64,000 nt of DNA, taken from IMG/VR virus record IMGVR_UViG_3300031555_002904, one strand, 5' to 3'. Under the pieces are notes generated by a model, which saw nothing but the letters and a program-made list of their open reading frames with translations, was not told where the DNA came from and searched no databases. Positions 10,330 through 20,851 of the stretch are shown here, one piece after another. Source of the stretch: a virus. Lineage: Duplodnaviria > Heunggongvirae > Uroviricota > Caudoviricetes. Numbering within the stretch: the first letter of the stretch is position 1; each line of letters begins with the position of its first letter. The position numbers and the translations under genes are program-made.

Positions 10330-10717
10330 TGGCGAGTGGTATCCCGACGATCAAATTTATTACTTACCTACAAATAAAATTGGTATTGGTACAGTAGACT
10401 CTACCAAGGCTGTAATTGAACCATTTAAAGGATATGATATTCAAACCATTGAAGTCAAACCCAATGATGTACTTTTACTTCGCATTTCTGATAATTTAGA
10501 TTTGCATACCTGTGAAGAAATCCAGAGAGAGATGAATGAAACATTTCCCAATAATGTAACTTTATTGTGTAACGACCACATTTTCAAAGGTTTGACGATT
10601 TTGCGAGGCAACACTGCTAAGCGCATTGATGATACTGTGGATATTTACTCTGGAATCAATGTAGATAAATTATTTGACCATATAATGAAAGGACACCCCA
10701 ATGATTTTCTATACTGA
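10313..10717 (+). CDS. Hypothetical protein
   Basis: GGAGG RBS before ATG 10313; in frame with track ORF 10298..10717. Confidence 0.65.
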   Translation: MSSLTNGEWYPDDQIYYLPTNKIGIGTVDSTKAVIEPFKGYDIQTIEVKPNDVLLLRISDNLDLHTCEEIQREMNETFPNNVTLLCNDHIFKGLTILRGNTAKRIDDTVDIYSGINVDKLFDHIMKGHPNDFLY

Positions 10718-11186
10718 TGGAAGTTGTCTTGGAAATGGAAAAGCAAATGCGACTGGTGGATATGGTATTGTTGGCATTGACGACCAGGGTCAAGTTGCAT
10801 TTGTCAGATCCAAGAGATCAAATGACACAACCAATAATCGCGAAGAACTCAAAGCAATTTTATATGTAATGCTCAACTATGGCGAGAAGTGCGATGATTG
10901 GGGTCAGCCTCCGATCGTATATAGCGATTCCGCATACTGCGTCAATACATTTAACGAATGGATGTTCGGTTGGGCGAGAAAAGGCTGGATCAAAAGTGAC
11001 AAGAAAACCCCTGAGAATTTGGATTTGATTCAGGCTTATTACGATTGGTACAAACAGGGCTATCGTATTGATTTGAGAAAAATCAAAGGTCATGCAGGAC
11101 ATGAGTGGAACGAATTGGCAGACCAGTTAGCTACTGGATATATTTCGGAGGAAGAGGCTTATGCCACGTATAGCAACTTGGGATGA
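10701..11186 (+). CDS. rnhA: Ribonuclease HI
   Basis: YTDGS, TNNREEL, YSDSAY, KGHAG..NELAD.LA motifs. Confidence 0.95.
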   Translation: MIFYTDGSCLGNGKANATGGYGIVGIDDQGQVAFVRSKRSNDTTNNREELKAILYVMLNYGEKCDDWGQPPIVYSDSAYCVNTFNEWMFGWARKGWIKSDKKTPENLDLIQAYYDWYKQGYRIDLRKIKGHAGHEWNELADQLATGYISEEEAYATYSNLG

Positions 11187-11400
11187 GAAACTGCAATATG
11201 TCCGTCCCACCTATGATAAACATTTCAATTTTTTGACGCCAGAAGGAATCGAATATGTCGAAACTTCTGGCATCGATGCAGAAGAAATGGAAGTTAAAAT
11301 TGATATTTTGGCTTCAGAATTATGGTTTTGTCAGCATATGACTGACTATATTTCAAATCTTATAAAAGTACAACTAGAAGATGTAAAGGAGGATCCCTAA
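11161..11400 (+). CDS. Hypothetical protein
   Basis: 79-aa ORF with GGAAGAGG RBS, coupled to gyrA. Confidence 0.6.
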   Translation: MPRIATWDEKLQYVRPTYDKHFNFLTPEGIEYVETSGIDAEEMEVKIDILASELWFCQHMTDYISNLIKVQLEDVKEDP

Positions 11401-13775
11401 TGGGAGATATACTTCAAACACCTATTATCGAAGAAGTGGAACAAAGCTTCATTGATTATAGTATGAGCGTTATTACCGATCGTGCGATCCCCTCCGCAGA
11501 AGACGGTTTGAAACCTGTTGCTCGTCGTATCCTTTGGGATATGTTCGACAAAGGTTATATGAATAATAAAAAGTTTGTCAAGTGCGCGCAGCCGGTTGGC
11601 GATACGATGGGTCGCTTTCATCCGCACGGCGATAGCTCCATTTATGGCGCACTTGTATGGTTATCTCAACCTTGGAATATGAGATATCCTCTCATTACAT
11701 TCCACGGTAATAATGGTAGCCGAGATGGATATGAGCCTGCTGCATATCGTTATACAGAGTGTAAGTTATCCAAAGCTGGTGAAGAAATGCTTGCTGACAT
11801 CAAAAAGAACACTGTTGATTGGCGGTTAGCATATACTGATGTTGAGGACGAGCCTACATATCTCCCTGGTCGCATCCCCAATTTGATTGTCAATGGTACT
11901 TCCGGTATTGCCGTTGCAATGGCTTGTAGCTTTGCACCGCACAATATGAATGAGGTTATGGATGCAGCTTGCCATGTTTTGAATAACCCTAATTGCGATG
12001 TAAAAGACATTTTGAACTTCATCGCAGGACCCGATTTCCCAACCGGTGGCACAATCATTAACAAGGATGAGTTGCCCGCTGCATATCTGACTGGTAAGGG
12101 TCGTGCTCGTATTAGGGGTGAATATGTAGTCGAGTCTTTTAAATCTGGCGACCGTATTGTTTTCACCTCAATTCCTTATAAGGTTTCCAAAAAAGACCTA
12201 ATTGAGGATATTGACAAACTCTGTGAAGAAGGTAAAATTGAAGGTATTGTATCTATTCGTGATGAGAGTAATAAAGATGGTGTGCGTTTTGTAATCGAAT
12301 GCGCCAAAGGTGTATCTACTGAGCCCATTATCGCAAAACTCTTTAAACTCTCTCGCTTAGAGGACACATATAGCTTCAACCAGGTTGCTCTAGTAGATAA
12401 GAAGCCTCGTCTATTGAATATGAAGCAACTTTTGGAAATCTATATTGACCACCAGAAGGATGTTCTGTTGAGAAAAACTAAATATGAGGCTGATAAGATT
12501 GCCGACCGCATTCATATCTTAGAAGGCTTATTGAAGGCTTTAGAAGATATTGATAATGTGATTGCACTTATCAAGGGTTCAGAGAATGCGGCAGCCGCTA
12601 AGGTGGTACTCATGGCTAAGTACGGCCTGTCTGAGGCCCAGGCTAAGGCGATCTTAGACATGAAATTAGCTAAATTAGCTAAGTTAGAAAAAATTGAGAT
12701 TGAGAATGAGAAAGCTGAATTAGAAATTGAATTAGCCAGATTGAATACTATCTTGGCTAATCCTGTACCAGAGCTGGAAAATATTTTCAAATCTCTGAAA
12801 AAGACATATGGTGATGCTCGTCGTTCAACCATCACTCAAGTCGCAACCACCAAGGAAGAAAAAGAAATTGAGTTTGTTGAGCCGGAGAAGTGCGTTGTCA
12901 TTATGACAGAAGGCGGTCTCGTCAAGAGAATCTCTGCAACGAGCTTCCGCACCCAGAAGAGAAATGGAAAGGGCGTAAAAACCCAGGATGATATTACTCA
13001 TGCAGTAATTCGTACCAATACTATTGACTCTCTGATGATTTTCTCTGACAAGGGTAAGATGTATCGTCTACTTGTCAATGATGTTCCAGTAGGAACAAAT
13101 GTAAGCAAGGGTACTTCCATCAAGTCACTTATCAATATGGATATGGACGAACAACCTGCGGTCATGTACTCTATCTATCGTGATACTGATGCCGCATATG
13201 TTTTATTCGTAACTAAAAATGGATTAGTCAAGAAAACTTTTTTGGAAGAGTATATCAAGACTAAGAAAAAGACTGGAATTGCAGCTATTACTATCAAAGA
13301 TGGAGATGAGCTGGCCGCAGTTTCTCTCGTCAAAGACGAACAATTGATTTTGGTTACCAAGAATGGTATGGCTATTCGTTTCGATTCTAAGGAAGTAAGT
13401 CCTACCTCTCGTGCGACTTCTGGTGTAAAGGGTATTAATCTTGCTGAGGATGATACCATCGTAGCCGCATTGCCCGTACGCAACCAAGAGGACAAGTTGG
13501 CAATTTTCGCTTATGGTGGAATGGCAAAGAAAATTCCTCTTAGTGAGCTGCCTCTCCAAAAGAGAGCAGGTAAGGGCCTAATGTGCTATAAGCCTACTGA
13601 TTCTACAGGTGATGTGAGTGCGGCCACCCTAGTTGAAGATACTGATAGTGTCTTAATTTTGGGTGATAAGAGCAGCATCTGTATTGAAGCTGCTGAAATC
13701 CCGCTATTAAGTCGTCCTTCTGTGGGTAATTTAGTTATTAAAAATAGTAAAATCTTATCTGTAAGCAAGGTATGA
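11400..13775 (+). CDS. gyrA: DNA gyrase / type IIA topoisomerase subunit A
   Basis: DYSMSVI, DGLKPV.RR, FHPHGDSSIY, AAYRYTE (catalytic Tyr), GPDFPTG; C-terminal beta-pinwheel repeats with a QKRNGKG GyrA-box-like motif. Confidence 0.97.
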   Translation: MGDILQTPIIEEVEQSFIDYSMSVITDRAIPSAEDGLKPVARRILWDMFDKGYMNNKKFVKCAQPVGDTMGRFHPHGDSSIYGALVWLSQPWNMRYPLITFHGNNGSRDGYEPAAYRYTECKLSKAGEEMLADIKKNTVDWRLAYTDVEDEPTYLPGRIPNLIVNGTSGIAVAMACSFAPHNMNEVMDAACHVLNNPNCDVKDILNFIAGPDFPTGGTIINKDELPAAYLTGKGRARIRGEYVVESFKSGDRIVFTSIPYKVSKKDLIEDIDKLCEEGKIEGIVSIRDESNKDGVRFVIECAKGVSTEPIIAKLFKLSRLEDTYSFNQVALVDKKPRLLNMKQLLEIYIDHQKDVLLRKTKYEADKIADRIHILEGLLKALEDIDNVIALIKGSENAAAAKVVLMAKYGLSEAQAKAILDMKLAKLAKLEKIEIENEKAELEIELARLNTILANPVPELENIFKSLKKTYGDARRSTITQVATTKEEKEIEFVEPEKCVVIMTEGGLVKRISATSFRTQKRNGKGVKTQDDITHAVIRTNTIDSLMIFSDKGKMYRLLVNDVPVGTNVSKGTSIKSLINMDMDEQPAVMYSIYRDTDAAYVLFVTKNGLVKKTFLEEYIKTKKKTGIAAITIKDGDELAAVSLVKDEQLILVTKNGMAIRFDSKEVSPTSRATSGVKGINLAEDDTIVAALPVRNQEDKLAIFAYGGMAKKIPLSELPLQKRAGKGLMCYKPTDSTGDVSAATLVEDTDSVLILGDKSSICIEAAEIPLLSRPSVGNLVIKNSKILSVSKV

Positions 13776-14047
13776 AAACTATTTATTTGAGATTCAATAT
13801 GCCTAAAGTAGAGTCGGGACTAGAAATGTCTCGACTCTATGAGTGGTTTGGCGAACAGAATGATTGTATTCTAAAAATGAGCCACACTACTTTCAATTAT
13901 TTACTGAAAAGACTCAATATCAATCCAGATAGCCGAATACTAACTTTTGATGAACCATAGTTCGTGTTTGGGTATAGAGTAATTATAGACGAAGACATAA
14001 GATTTCTATATATTGACGTCTATGATTTCTATGAGTTGACAAAATGA
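13772..14047 (+). CDS. Hypothetical protein, 91 aa (code 15)
   Basis: Track ORF ends at TAG 13958; the frame continues to TGA 14045. Confidence 0.55.
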
Positions 14048-14064
14048 AAAAAATTTTCTATAAT
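14036..14064 (+). promoter_or_regulatory. sigmaA promoter (ligA)
   Basis: TTGACA-17-TATAAT. Confidence 0.85.
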
Positions 14065-14088
14065 ATATATGTAATTGAGGAGAAATAA

Positions 14089-16080
14089 ATGGATTGTATT
14101 TATGATAAAATTCGTTTTTTAGTACGATATTTAAATGATTGTACTAAAGCCTACGATGAAGGAAATCCAAAAATTACAGACGAAGAATGGGATAATAAAT
14201 ATTTTGAGTTGAAATCTTTAGAAGAAGAAACAGGATTAGTTTTATCTAATTCTCCTACTCAAACTATTACTTATGAAGTTGTAAATGCTTTATCCAAAAG
14301 CGAACATAATCATAAGATGTTATCTCTTGATAAAACCAAATCTCTTGATGAAGTTGCTTCCTTTGTTGGAAACAAAGAAATCTTGGCGATGCTAAAAATG
14401 GATGGTTTGACCTGTTCCTTGATGTATCGTGATGGAGAATTGGTGTCTGCGGAAACCCGAGGTAACGGTCTTGTAGGCGAGAACATTCTGCATAATGCAC
14501 GAGTGCTTCCGTCCGTTCCGTCAAGAATCCCCTATAAGGGCGATTTAGTCATTGATGGCGAGATTATTTGCACCTATACTAATTTCGAGCAATTCAGTAA
14601 TGACTATAAAAATCCTCGAAATTTTGCCGCAGGAAGTATTCGTCTTTTGGACGCTAAGGAGTGCGCCCGCCGCAATCTAACTTTTGTTGTATGGGATATT
14701 ATTACCCCTATGTATTTCGACAATGGAAATGAGTACAAACTAAATCAAAAACTTGATTATGTTGGTGCTTTTGGATTTACTCCAGTTCCATATGTCGGAT
14801 TACCGGCAAAAGACGCAGATGGTTTTGCTATTTCACTTGATGATGTAGTAGACCATTTGACCGAACAAGCCAAACAGCTCGGTTATCCGATCGATGGTGC
14901 GGTGTTTAAGTTCAATGATTGTGAATATGGTCGCTCTCTTGGTGAAACCGGGCATCATTTCAAAAATGCATTAGCATACAAATTCTACGATGAAACCTAT
15001 ACTACACGACTTTTGGATATTGAATGGACTATGGGTAGGACCGGAGTCCTTACGCCTGTCGCTGTCTTTGAGCCAATCGACGTAGATGGCTCTACCGTAG
15101 AAAGAGCAAGCCTACACAATATTAATATTATGGATGAAATTTTCGGACCAATGGGAGCATTTAGGTTCCAAGAGATCGAAGTTTTCAAGGCGAATATGAT
15201 TATTCCGCAGGTTAAATCTGCTAATCTAAATTGTTGTAGATATGAAGAATATTTACTTCGCATTCCAAAAGTATGTCCTGTGTGCGGTGGTGAGGTAAGA
15301 GCAAGAGTTACTCTTGATTCTATAATGCTCATATGTGCTAATCCAAGCTGTGATGGTAAACTAATCAATCGTCTTGATCATTTCTGCGGTAAAAAAGGTC
15401 TTGACATTAAGGGTATTTCTAAAGCTACTTTAGAAAAACTGATTGATTGGGGTTGGTTAGATAGTAATGCTGGTATTTTTGAATTAGCTCAATACAAGGA
15501 TGAATGGGTCAAAAAGCCTGGATTTGGTATCAAATCCGTCGAGAAGGTTTTGGATGCTATTAGTGCCAGTAGTGAATGTGAGTTACGTCAATTCATCGCT
15601 GCTCTCGGCATTCCGCTGATTGGATCAACGGCATCTAAAGATTTAGCTAAACACTTCAAGGATTGGCAGAGTTTCATGCAGGCTGTGGAGAGTAAGTTCC
15701 CGTTCTATGAACTGCCTAACTTTGGAGCTGAGATGCATTCCAGTATTCTCCATTTCGATTATAGTGAAGCAATATTTATTGCTAATAACTATATTCATTT
15801 CAAATCAATTGCGGAAGTCGCAGATCCGTCCGCTGGAGCGGATCTAACTGGTAAAGTTTTTGTAATTACTGGAAAACTCACTCATTTCAAGAATCGTGAT
15901 GAAATCAAGGCACGAATTGAGGCTCTTGGGGGAAAAGTGACTGGATCTGTTTCCAAGAACACTAATTACCTCATCAATAATGATGTGAATTCAACTTCCT
16001 CCAAGAACACGACCGCCAAGTCGTTGGGGATTCCAATCCTGTCCGAAGATGACTTCATTCAGACTTTTGGAATCATGTAA
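14089..16080 (+). CDS. ligA: NAD-dependent DNA ligase
   Basis: KMDGL adenylation motif, TRGNG, NPRNFAAGS, IDGAVFK, Cys4 Zn finger, HhH, C-terminal BRCT. Confidence 0.96.
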   Translation: MDCIYDKIRFLVRYLNDCTKAYDEGNPKITDEEWDNKYFELKSLEEETGLVLSNSPTQTITYEVVNALSKSEHNHKMLSLDKTKSLDEVASFVGNKEILAMLKMDGLTCSLMYRDGELVSAETRGNGLVGENILHNARVLPSVPSRIPYKGDLVIDGEIICTYTNFEQFSNDYKNPRNFAAGSIRLLDAKECARRNLTFVVWDIITPMYFDNGNEYKLNQKLDYVGAFGFTPVPYVGLPAKDADGFAISLDDVVDHLTEQAKQLGYPIDGAVFKFNDCEYGRSLGETGHHFKNALAYKFYDETYTTRLLDIEWTMGRTGVLTPVAVFEPIDVDGSTVERASLHNINIMDEIFGPMGAFRFQEIEVFKANMIIPQVKSANLNCCRYEEYLLRIPKVCPVCGGEVRARVTLDSIMLICANPSCDGKLINRLDHFCGKKGLDIKGISKATLEKLIDWGWLDSNAGIFELAQYKDEWVKKPGFGIKSVEKVLDAISASSECELRQFIAALGIPLIGSTASKDLAKHFKDWQSFMQAVESKFPFYELPNFGAEMHSSILHFDYSEAIFIANNYIHFKSIAEVADPSAGADLTGKVFVITGKLTHFKNRDEIKARIEALGGKVTGSVSKNTNYLINNDVNSTSSKNTTAKSLGIPILSEDDFIQTFGIM

Positions 16081-16109
16081 TTGACAAAAAGAAAAAAATT
16101 TTGTATAAT
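16081..16109 (+). promoter_or_regulatory. sigmaA promoter
   Basis: TTGACA-17-TATAAT. Confidence 0.85.
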
Positions 16110-16142
16110 AAAATCGTAAAGATTAAGGATGAAAATTTTCTG

Positions 16143-16334
16143 ATGAAACAAAAGGAAATCAAGAACCTCGCTCAGAAGATCGCTAAGTATGAGCGTATCA
16201 TCCAAACCAGCGATGATAAAAAATAGGTTCGACAAGCAGAAGAAGAAATTATGAAGTTGTCTAGTAGTGTTAGTAGTCTGGAAGACATGGTCGCTATTGA
16301 CGAACTCGTAATGGAAATGCTTGAAAAAAATTGA
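16143..16334 (+). CDS. Small helical protein, 63 aa (code 15)
   Basis: AAGGA RBS, one TAG, TGA stop, own promoter. Confidence 0.65.
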
Positions 16335-16343
16335 AAAAATTTC

Positions 16344-16372
16344 TTGACAAAAGAAAAATTTTTTGATATAAT
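16344..16372 (+). promoter_or_regulatory. sigmaA promoter
   Basis: TTGACA-17-TATAAT with extended TG. Confidence 0.85.
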
Positions 16373-16439
16373 ATTTACATAACCGAAGAGGTTAGAAAAA
16401 AATCCAAACAAAAAAATTTTTAGAAAGAGGTATTTTATT

Positions 16440-16715
16440 ATGGCTATGAAGGAAAATTCTAAGAGAGTTCTGAATTATTTGAAGGAGATCAACGGCGAGA
16501 ATGTTACCGCTGCTGACGTTGCTGCTACCCTGGGTCTGGAGAAGCGTTCTGTTGACGGTATCTTCACCAGCGCTATTCAGCGCAAGGGCTTGGGTGTTCG
16601 TACCCCCGCTGAGATCGAGCTGGAGGATGGCACTCACAAGCAGGTCAAGTTCCTGTCTCTGACTCCTGCAGGCATGGCTTTCGATCCTGACGCAACTGAA
16701 GAAGCTGCTGAGTAA
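16440..16715 (+). CDS. Winged-helix DNA-binding protein
   Basis: VTAADVAATLGLEKRSV HTH and LSLTPAG wing; codon bias of a highly expressed gene. Confidence 0.7.
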   Translation: MAMKENSKRVLNYLKEINGENVTAADVAATLGLEKRSVDGIFTSAIQRKGLGVRTPAEIELEDGTHKQVKFLSLTPAGMAFDPDATEEAAE

Positions 16716-16731
16716 TTTTGACATATACTAA

Positions 16732-16766
16732 GGGGTAAGATTGAAATATATCTTACCCCATTTTTT
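16732..16766 (+). terminator. Intrinsic terminator
   Basis: GGGGTAAGA...TCTTACCCC stem followed by T6. Confidence 0.8.
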
Positions 16767-16774
16767 CCATCATT

Positions 16775-17764
16775 ATGGAATGGTTGATTTTACTCGCCTC
16801 TGTGCTCGTTGCTGCCGGATTAGGCGGCTTTATCACATATCGACTGTTTAGATAGCGGCTATTTGCCGTCCAGGAGTTCGACAAGTCGATTGCTATGAAA
16901 AACGAGCAATTAAGAGAAGAAAATAAGATTTTAGAAGAGAATAATCAAGATTTATTCAATCAAAATGATTATCTAAAATCTGAAAAAATCAAGCTGGATA
17001 TTCAAAACCAATCTGCTAAAGAGTAGTTGGAGAGCCTCAATGGCAGTATCTCAGCTATGGAAAAGTAGGCTCAAGAGGCCGCTGAACTATTCTATGCGTC
17101 TCGTATGTAGGCTGCATAGGAGAAACTCGCGCAATCACTTCAAGAAGAAAACCAAAAATATCAAGATAATATAATTGGTTTTTAGACTGAATATGATAAA
17201 ACTGTTGCTGATATGTTAGAAGCTTTTCAAGAGTTATCTGATAATGTAGCTGTTATGCGAGCTACAAATGACGCCGCAGTTGCCGCAGCCAAGAGAGCCG
17301 CTGAAATGAAAGATTAGTAGGCTTTTTATCGCATTTAGTTATCTGACGCAGATATTCACGAAATTGAATTATTGCGATAGGTTGAACCCTATTTGCGAGA
17401 TAAGGAGCCTTTGAATAAAGTCATATGGAAATGCTATTACGAAAAACCAACCACCGACCTTATTGGTCGAGTAATTGGTACAGGAGTAAAAACTGGAATT
17501 TATAAAATTACAGAAATTGAAACTGGTAAATGCTATGTTGGTTAGGCTGCTAATTTAGCAGACCGTTGGAAATAGCATATTAAGCGTGGTGTAGGCGCAG
17601 AAACGCCAACCCGCAACAAACTCTATCCTGCAATGATTGCGGCCGGCCCAGAGAATTTCACTTTTGAGGTCGTCGAAATCTGCGATCGCTCTGCGCTCGA
17701 TGCGCGTGAGGACTACTGGCAGGATTATTTCAAGGCGAAAGAATTTGGATACAGTATAAAGTAA
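16775..17764 (+). CDS. Membrane-anchored coiled-coil protein with a C-terminal GIY-YIG nuclease domain, 329 aa (code 15; absent from the ORF track)
   Basis: N-terminal TM helix, long coiled coil, then GIYKITEIETGKCYVG*AANLADRWK*H; 12 in-frame TAG, no TAA/TGA until 17762. Confidence 0.85.
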
Positions 17765-17775
17765 GGAGAATAATT

Positions 17776-18054
17776 ATGTATAGAATTATTGATAGTCGTG
17801 GCTCCGGTAAGACCAGTAGATTGATGCTCTTGGCAAAAGAAACTGGTGCGAAAATCGCTTGTAGTAATCCTTCTGCTATGCGTCAAAAAGCATATGCATA
17901 TGGCATTACTGGAATTGATTTTATTCCATATAGCGACCTCTTCAATGGTGCTATCGACCCCGAAGATAAGGTTATGATTGACGAGATTGAAATTTTCGTT
18001 AGAGAATATATTGACGGACGCCTTACTGGATATACTCTGTCAGAGGATGATTGA
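17776..18054 (+). CDS. Small P-loop protein
   Basis: RGSGKT Walker A and VMIDE Walker B in only 92 aa. Confidence 0.6.
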   Translation: MYRIIDSRGSGKTSRLMLLAKETGAKIACSNPSAMRQKAYAYGITGIDFIPYSDLFNGAIDPEDKVMIDEIEIFVREYIDGRLTGYTLSEDD

Positions 18055-18055
18055 T

Positions 18056-18946
18056 ATGACAAAAGCAGATAAATATATGTATCATATGATTGTAGAAATT
18101 ATGCGTTATGGATATAAGGATATTAATCCTCGTCCTAAGTACGCAGACGGCACTCCCGCGCATACAATTTCTGTCAATCACACTTTTCGTAAATACGATT
18201 TGAGTAACGGAGAATTTCCGATCTGTACCCTCCGTCCGCAGGCTTGGAAAACTGGTATCAAAGAAATTTTTACCATTTACTAGAAGCCAACCAATGATAT
18301 CGCAACTATGCACGAAATGGGTGTGACTTGGTGGGATGAGTGGGACATCGGCGACGGCACTATCGGTCAGCGCTATGGTGCTACTGTAAGTCGTTATGAC
18401 CTTATTAATAATCTTATCAAAGATATTGAGAAAGACCCATATGGTCGTCGCAAAATTGTAAGCCTATGGCAGGAACAGGATTTACATGAGACTCCTGGCC
18501 TCGCCCCATGTGCCTTCCTTACCATTTGGAATGTGCGTGGCGAATATCTTGATATGATGCTGGTTCAGCGTAGTGGTGATATGCTTACTGCTTCTGGTCC
18601 AGGAGGTATCAACGAAATTCAGTATGCGGCATTGCTGATGATGATTGCGCGACACACAGGTTATAAGCCCGGTGTATTTAGCCATGTCGTTGCAAACGAG
18701 CAGATTTACGATCGTCATATGGATGCCGCTAAAGAGATGATGGCGCGTTACAGCGCTCGTGATCTCGAAGAACAATATGCTTGGGATGAAGGTTATCAAG
18801 ATAATACTAATGCTGAAATTTTCCAGCGTCCACGCATGGACCTCAATCCCGCAAAAACCAATTTCTACGATATGACTATCGAAGATTTTGAATTGACTGG
18901 TTATCATCCCACCAAACCTCAACTGAAACTGGAGCTGGGTATATGA
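18056..18946 (+). CDS. thyA: Thymidylate synthase, 296 aa (code 15)
   Basis: Fragments join through TAG 18281 (IFTIY*KPTND); PYGRR, LAPC catalytic motif, QRSGD, QIYDRH. Confidence 0.93.
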
Positions 18947-19437
18947 TTTCAGCAATTGTTGCAGTTGATAATAATTGGGGGATTGGATATAAAGGGGAAC
19001 TCTTGGAGCATTTACCTCCCGATATGAAGTATTTCAAAGAGCTTACTACTAGCCATGTTGTAGTAATGGGCCGTAAAACCTGGGATTCCCTACCCAATAA
19101 ACCACTCAAAGATAGACTCAATCTTGTTATTACTTCTGGTGAGCGCCAATATGCAGAAATGACTTGTTTTATTGGAATGGCTGAAGCAATGGCTCGTCTC
19201 GCTCATGTTGAAGATGATGAAGAATGGTTTATCATTGGTGGTGGCTCTATTTACGAGCAACTACTTCCTTTGTGTGACCGTGTTTATGTAACAAAAATTC
19301 TAAAAGACCATAAAGATGTAGATACCTATTTCCCAAATTTGGATAAAGATCCTAAATGGGAGGTCAGCACTTGTACTGAACTAAGAGAATACAAGGATAT
19401 TTACTATGCATTTCTGACTTATGACAGAATTAGTTGA
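18943..19437 (+). CDS. folA: Dihydrofolate reductase
   Basis: IVAVDNNWGIG, MGRKTW.SLP.KPL..R.N.V, IIGGG.IY, DTYFP. Confidence 0.95.
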   Translation: MISAIVAVDNNWGIGYKGELLEHLPPDMKYFKELTTSHVVVMGRKTWDSLPNKPLKDRLNLVITSGERQYAEMTCFIGMAEAMARLAHVEDDEEWFIIGGGSIYEQLLPLCDRVYVTKILKDHKDVDTYFPNLDKDPKWEVSTCTELREYKDIYYAFLTYDRIS

Positions 19438-19462
19438 TTTTTTGAAATAAATTTGTTATAAT
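19434..19462 (+). promoter_or_regulatory. sigmaA promoter
   Basis: TTGATT-17-TATAAT with extended TG. Confidence 0.75.
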
Positions 19463-19505
19463 ATATATACAAGGTAAAAATAAAGAAAGTGAGTTATGAA
19501 AAATA

Positions 19506-19868
19506 ATGAGCAAGAAACAAGAATTTATTAAATATGTCAATGAGTTGATGTACTATACGCGCAAGATGGATGCGCCCGTTATGAATGAAGAAGCAGAACT
19601 CTATTGGAATGCCTTCTGCGGCCTGGGCGAAGATGGCGAGAAGCCTATGTTTACCGATAATGGTAAGCTGATTATGGTATTCTTGCAGGAGCACCAGGAC
19701 ACTCCTATGTGGAAAGCAAGAGATATTGCCGAAGGTCTGTTTATTAGTTCTCGTGCAGTATCCGGTGCGATGCGTAAACTGGTTACTGATGGCTTCGTTG
19801 AGAAGGTCGGCCAGGACCCGGTCATTTATTCACTGACTGAAAATGGAAAGAATATTACTATTGAATAA
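19506..19868 (+). CDS. Winged-helix transcription regulator
   Basis: KARDIAEGLFISSRAVSGAMRKLVTDGFVEK...YSLTENG. Confidence 0.8.
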   Translation: MSKKQEFIKYVNELMYYTRKMDAPVMNEEAELYWNAFCGLGEDGEKPMFTDNGKLIMVFLQEHQDTPMWKARDIAEGLFISSRAVSGAMRKLVTDGFVEKVGQDPVIYSLTENGKNITIE

Positions 19869-19883
19869 GGAGATTTTTGTATA

Positions 19884-20825
19884 ATGAAAAAGACTATGAT
19901 CAATCAATCCCACATTGAAGGAATTTTATACGAGCACAGCCTGGAGGCCAAGGTTTCTGGCGATACTTCCAAGAACCCCGGCACTCCCTTCATCACTGGT
20001 ACTATCAGCATCGCAACTGATGATGCTATGACTAACATTGTGCCCGTTCATTTCACTTATGTGACTGCTACTTTTGGCTCTGGTAAGCCTAACGATACTT
20101 ACACCACTCTGAATAACATCGTGAATGGTACTTTCGGTACTTACATGAAGGATGGCGCCGATAAGGCTGTCAAGCTTCGTGTTGACTCTGCTTTGGGTCT
20201 GAACGAGTTCTATACTGACCGCAACGGTAAGGAAGAGCTGGTTTCCGCTAAGCGCAACGAGGGTGGTTTCGTTCATAAGGTTGATACTTTGGACGAAGAC
20301 GAGAAGGTTCGTAACACCTTCAAGGCTGATATGGTTATCACCACTGCTACTTTGGTAGAGGGCGATCCCGAGAAGAATACTGTTGACAAGGTAATTGTCA
20401 AGGGTGCTATTTTCGACTTCCGTAAGAGCCTGCTTCCCGTTGAGTTCAGCGCTACTAATAAGAACGCTATGAACTACTTCCTTGGTCTGGGAGCTTCCAT
20501 TAAGAACCCTGTTTTCACCTGCGTATGGGGTCGTCAGGTATCTGAGACCATCGTTCGCCAGATCGTAACTGAGTCTGCTTTCGGTGAGGACGAAGTTCGT
20601 GAAGTAAAGAACACTCGTCGTGATTTCGTTATCACTGGCGCCGCTAAGGAGCCTTATGTATGGGATGACGAGGGCTCTATCACTGCTGCTGAGCTGAATG
20701 AAGCTATCCAGAAGCGTGAGGTTGATTTGGCTGCAATGAAGCAGCGTCAGGATGAGTACCGTGCTTCTAAGAACCGTATCACTCCTGCCAATGCAGCTCC
20801 CGCACAGGGCGGATTCAATTTCTAA
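19884..20825 (+). CDS. Probable single-stranded DNA-binding protein (tandem OB folds)
   Basis: Beta-rich, flexible tail ending GGFNF, strong expression bias, next to an AAA recombinase gene. Confidence 0.65.
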   Translation: MKKTMINQSHIEGILYEHSLEAKVSGDTSKNPGTPFITGTISIATDDAMTNIVPVHFTYVTATFGSGKPNDTYTTLNNIVNGTFGTYMKDGADKAVKLRVDSALGLNEFYTDRNGKEELVSAKRNEGGFVHKVDTLDEDEKVRNTFKADMVITTATLVEGDPEKNTVDKVIVKGAIFDFRKSLLPVEFSATNKNAMNYFLGLGASIKNPVFTCVWGRQVSETIVRQIVTESAFGEDEVREVKNTRRDFVITGAAKEPYVWDDEGSITAAELNEAIQKREVDLAAMKQRQDEYRASKNRITPANAAPAQGGFNF

Positions 20826-20851
20826 TTTGAATCCAAGAGGAGGACATAAAC

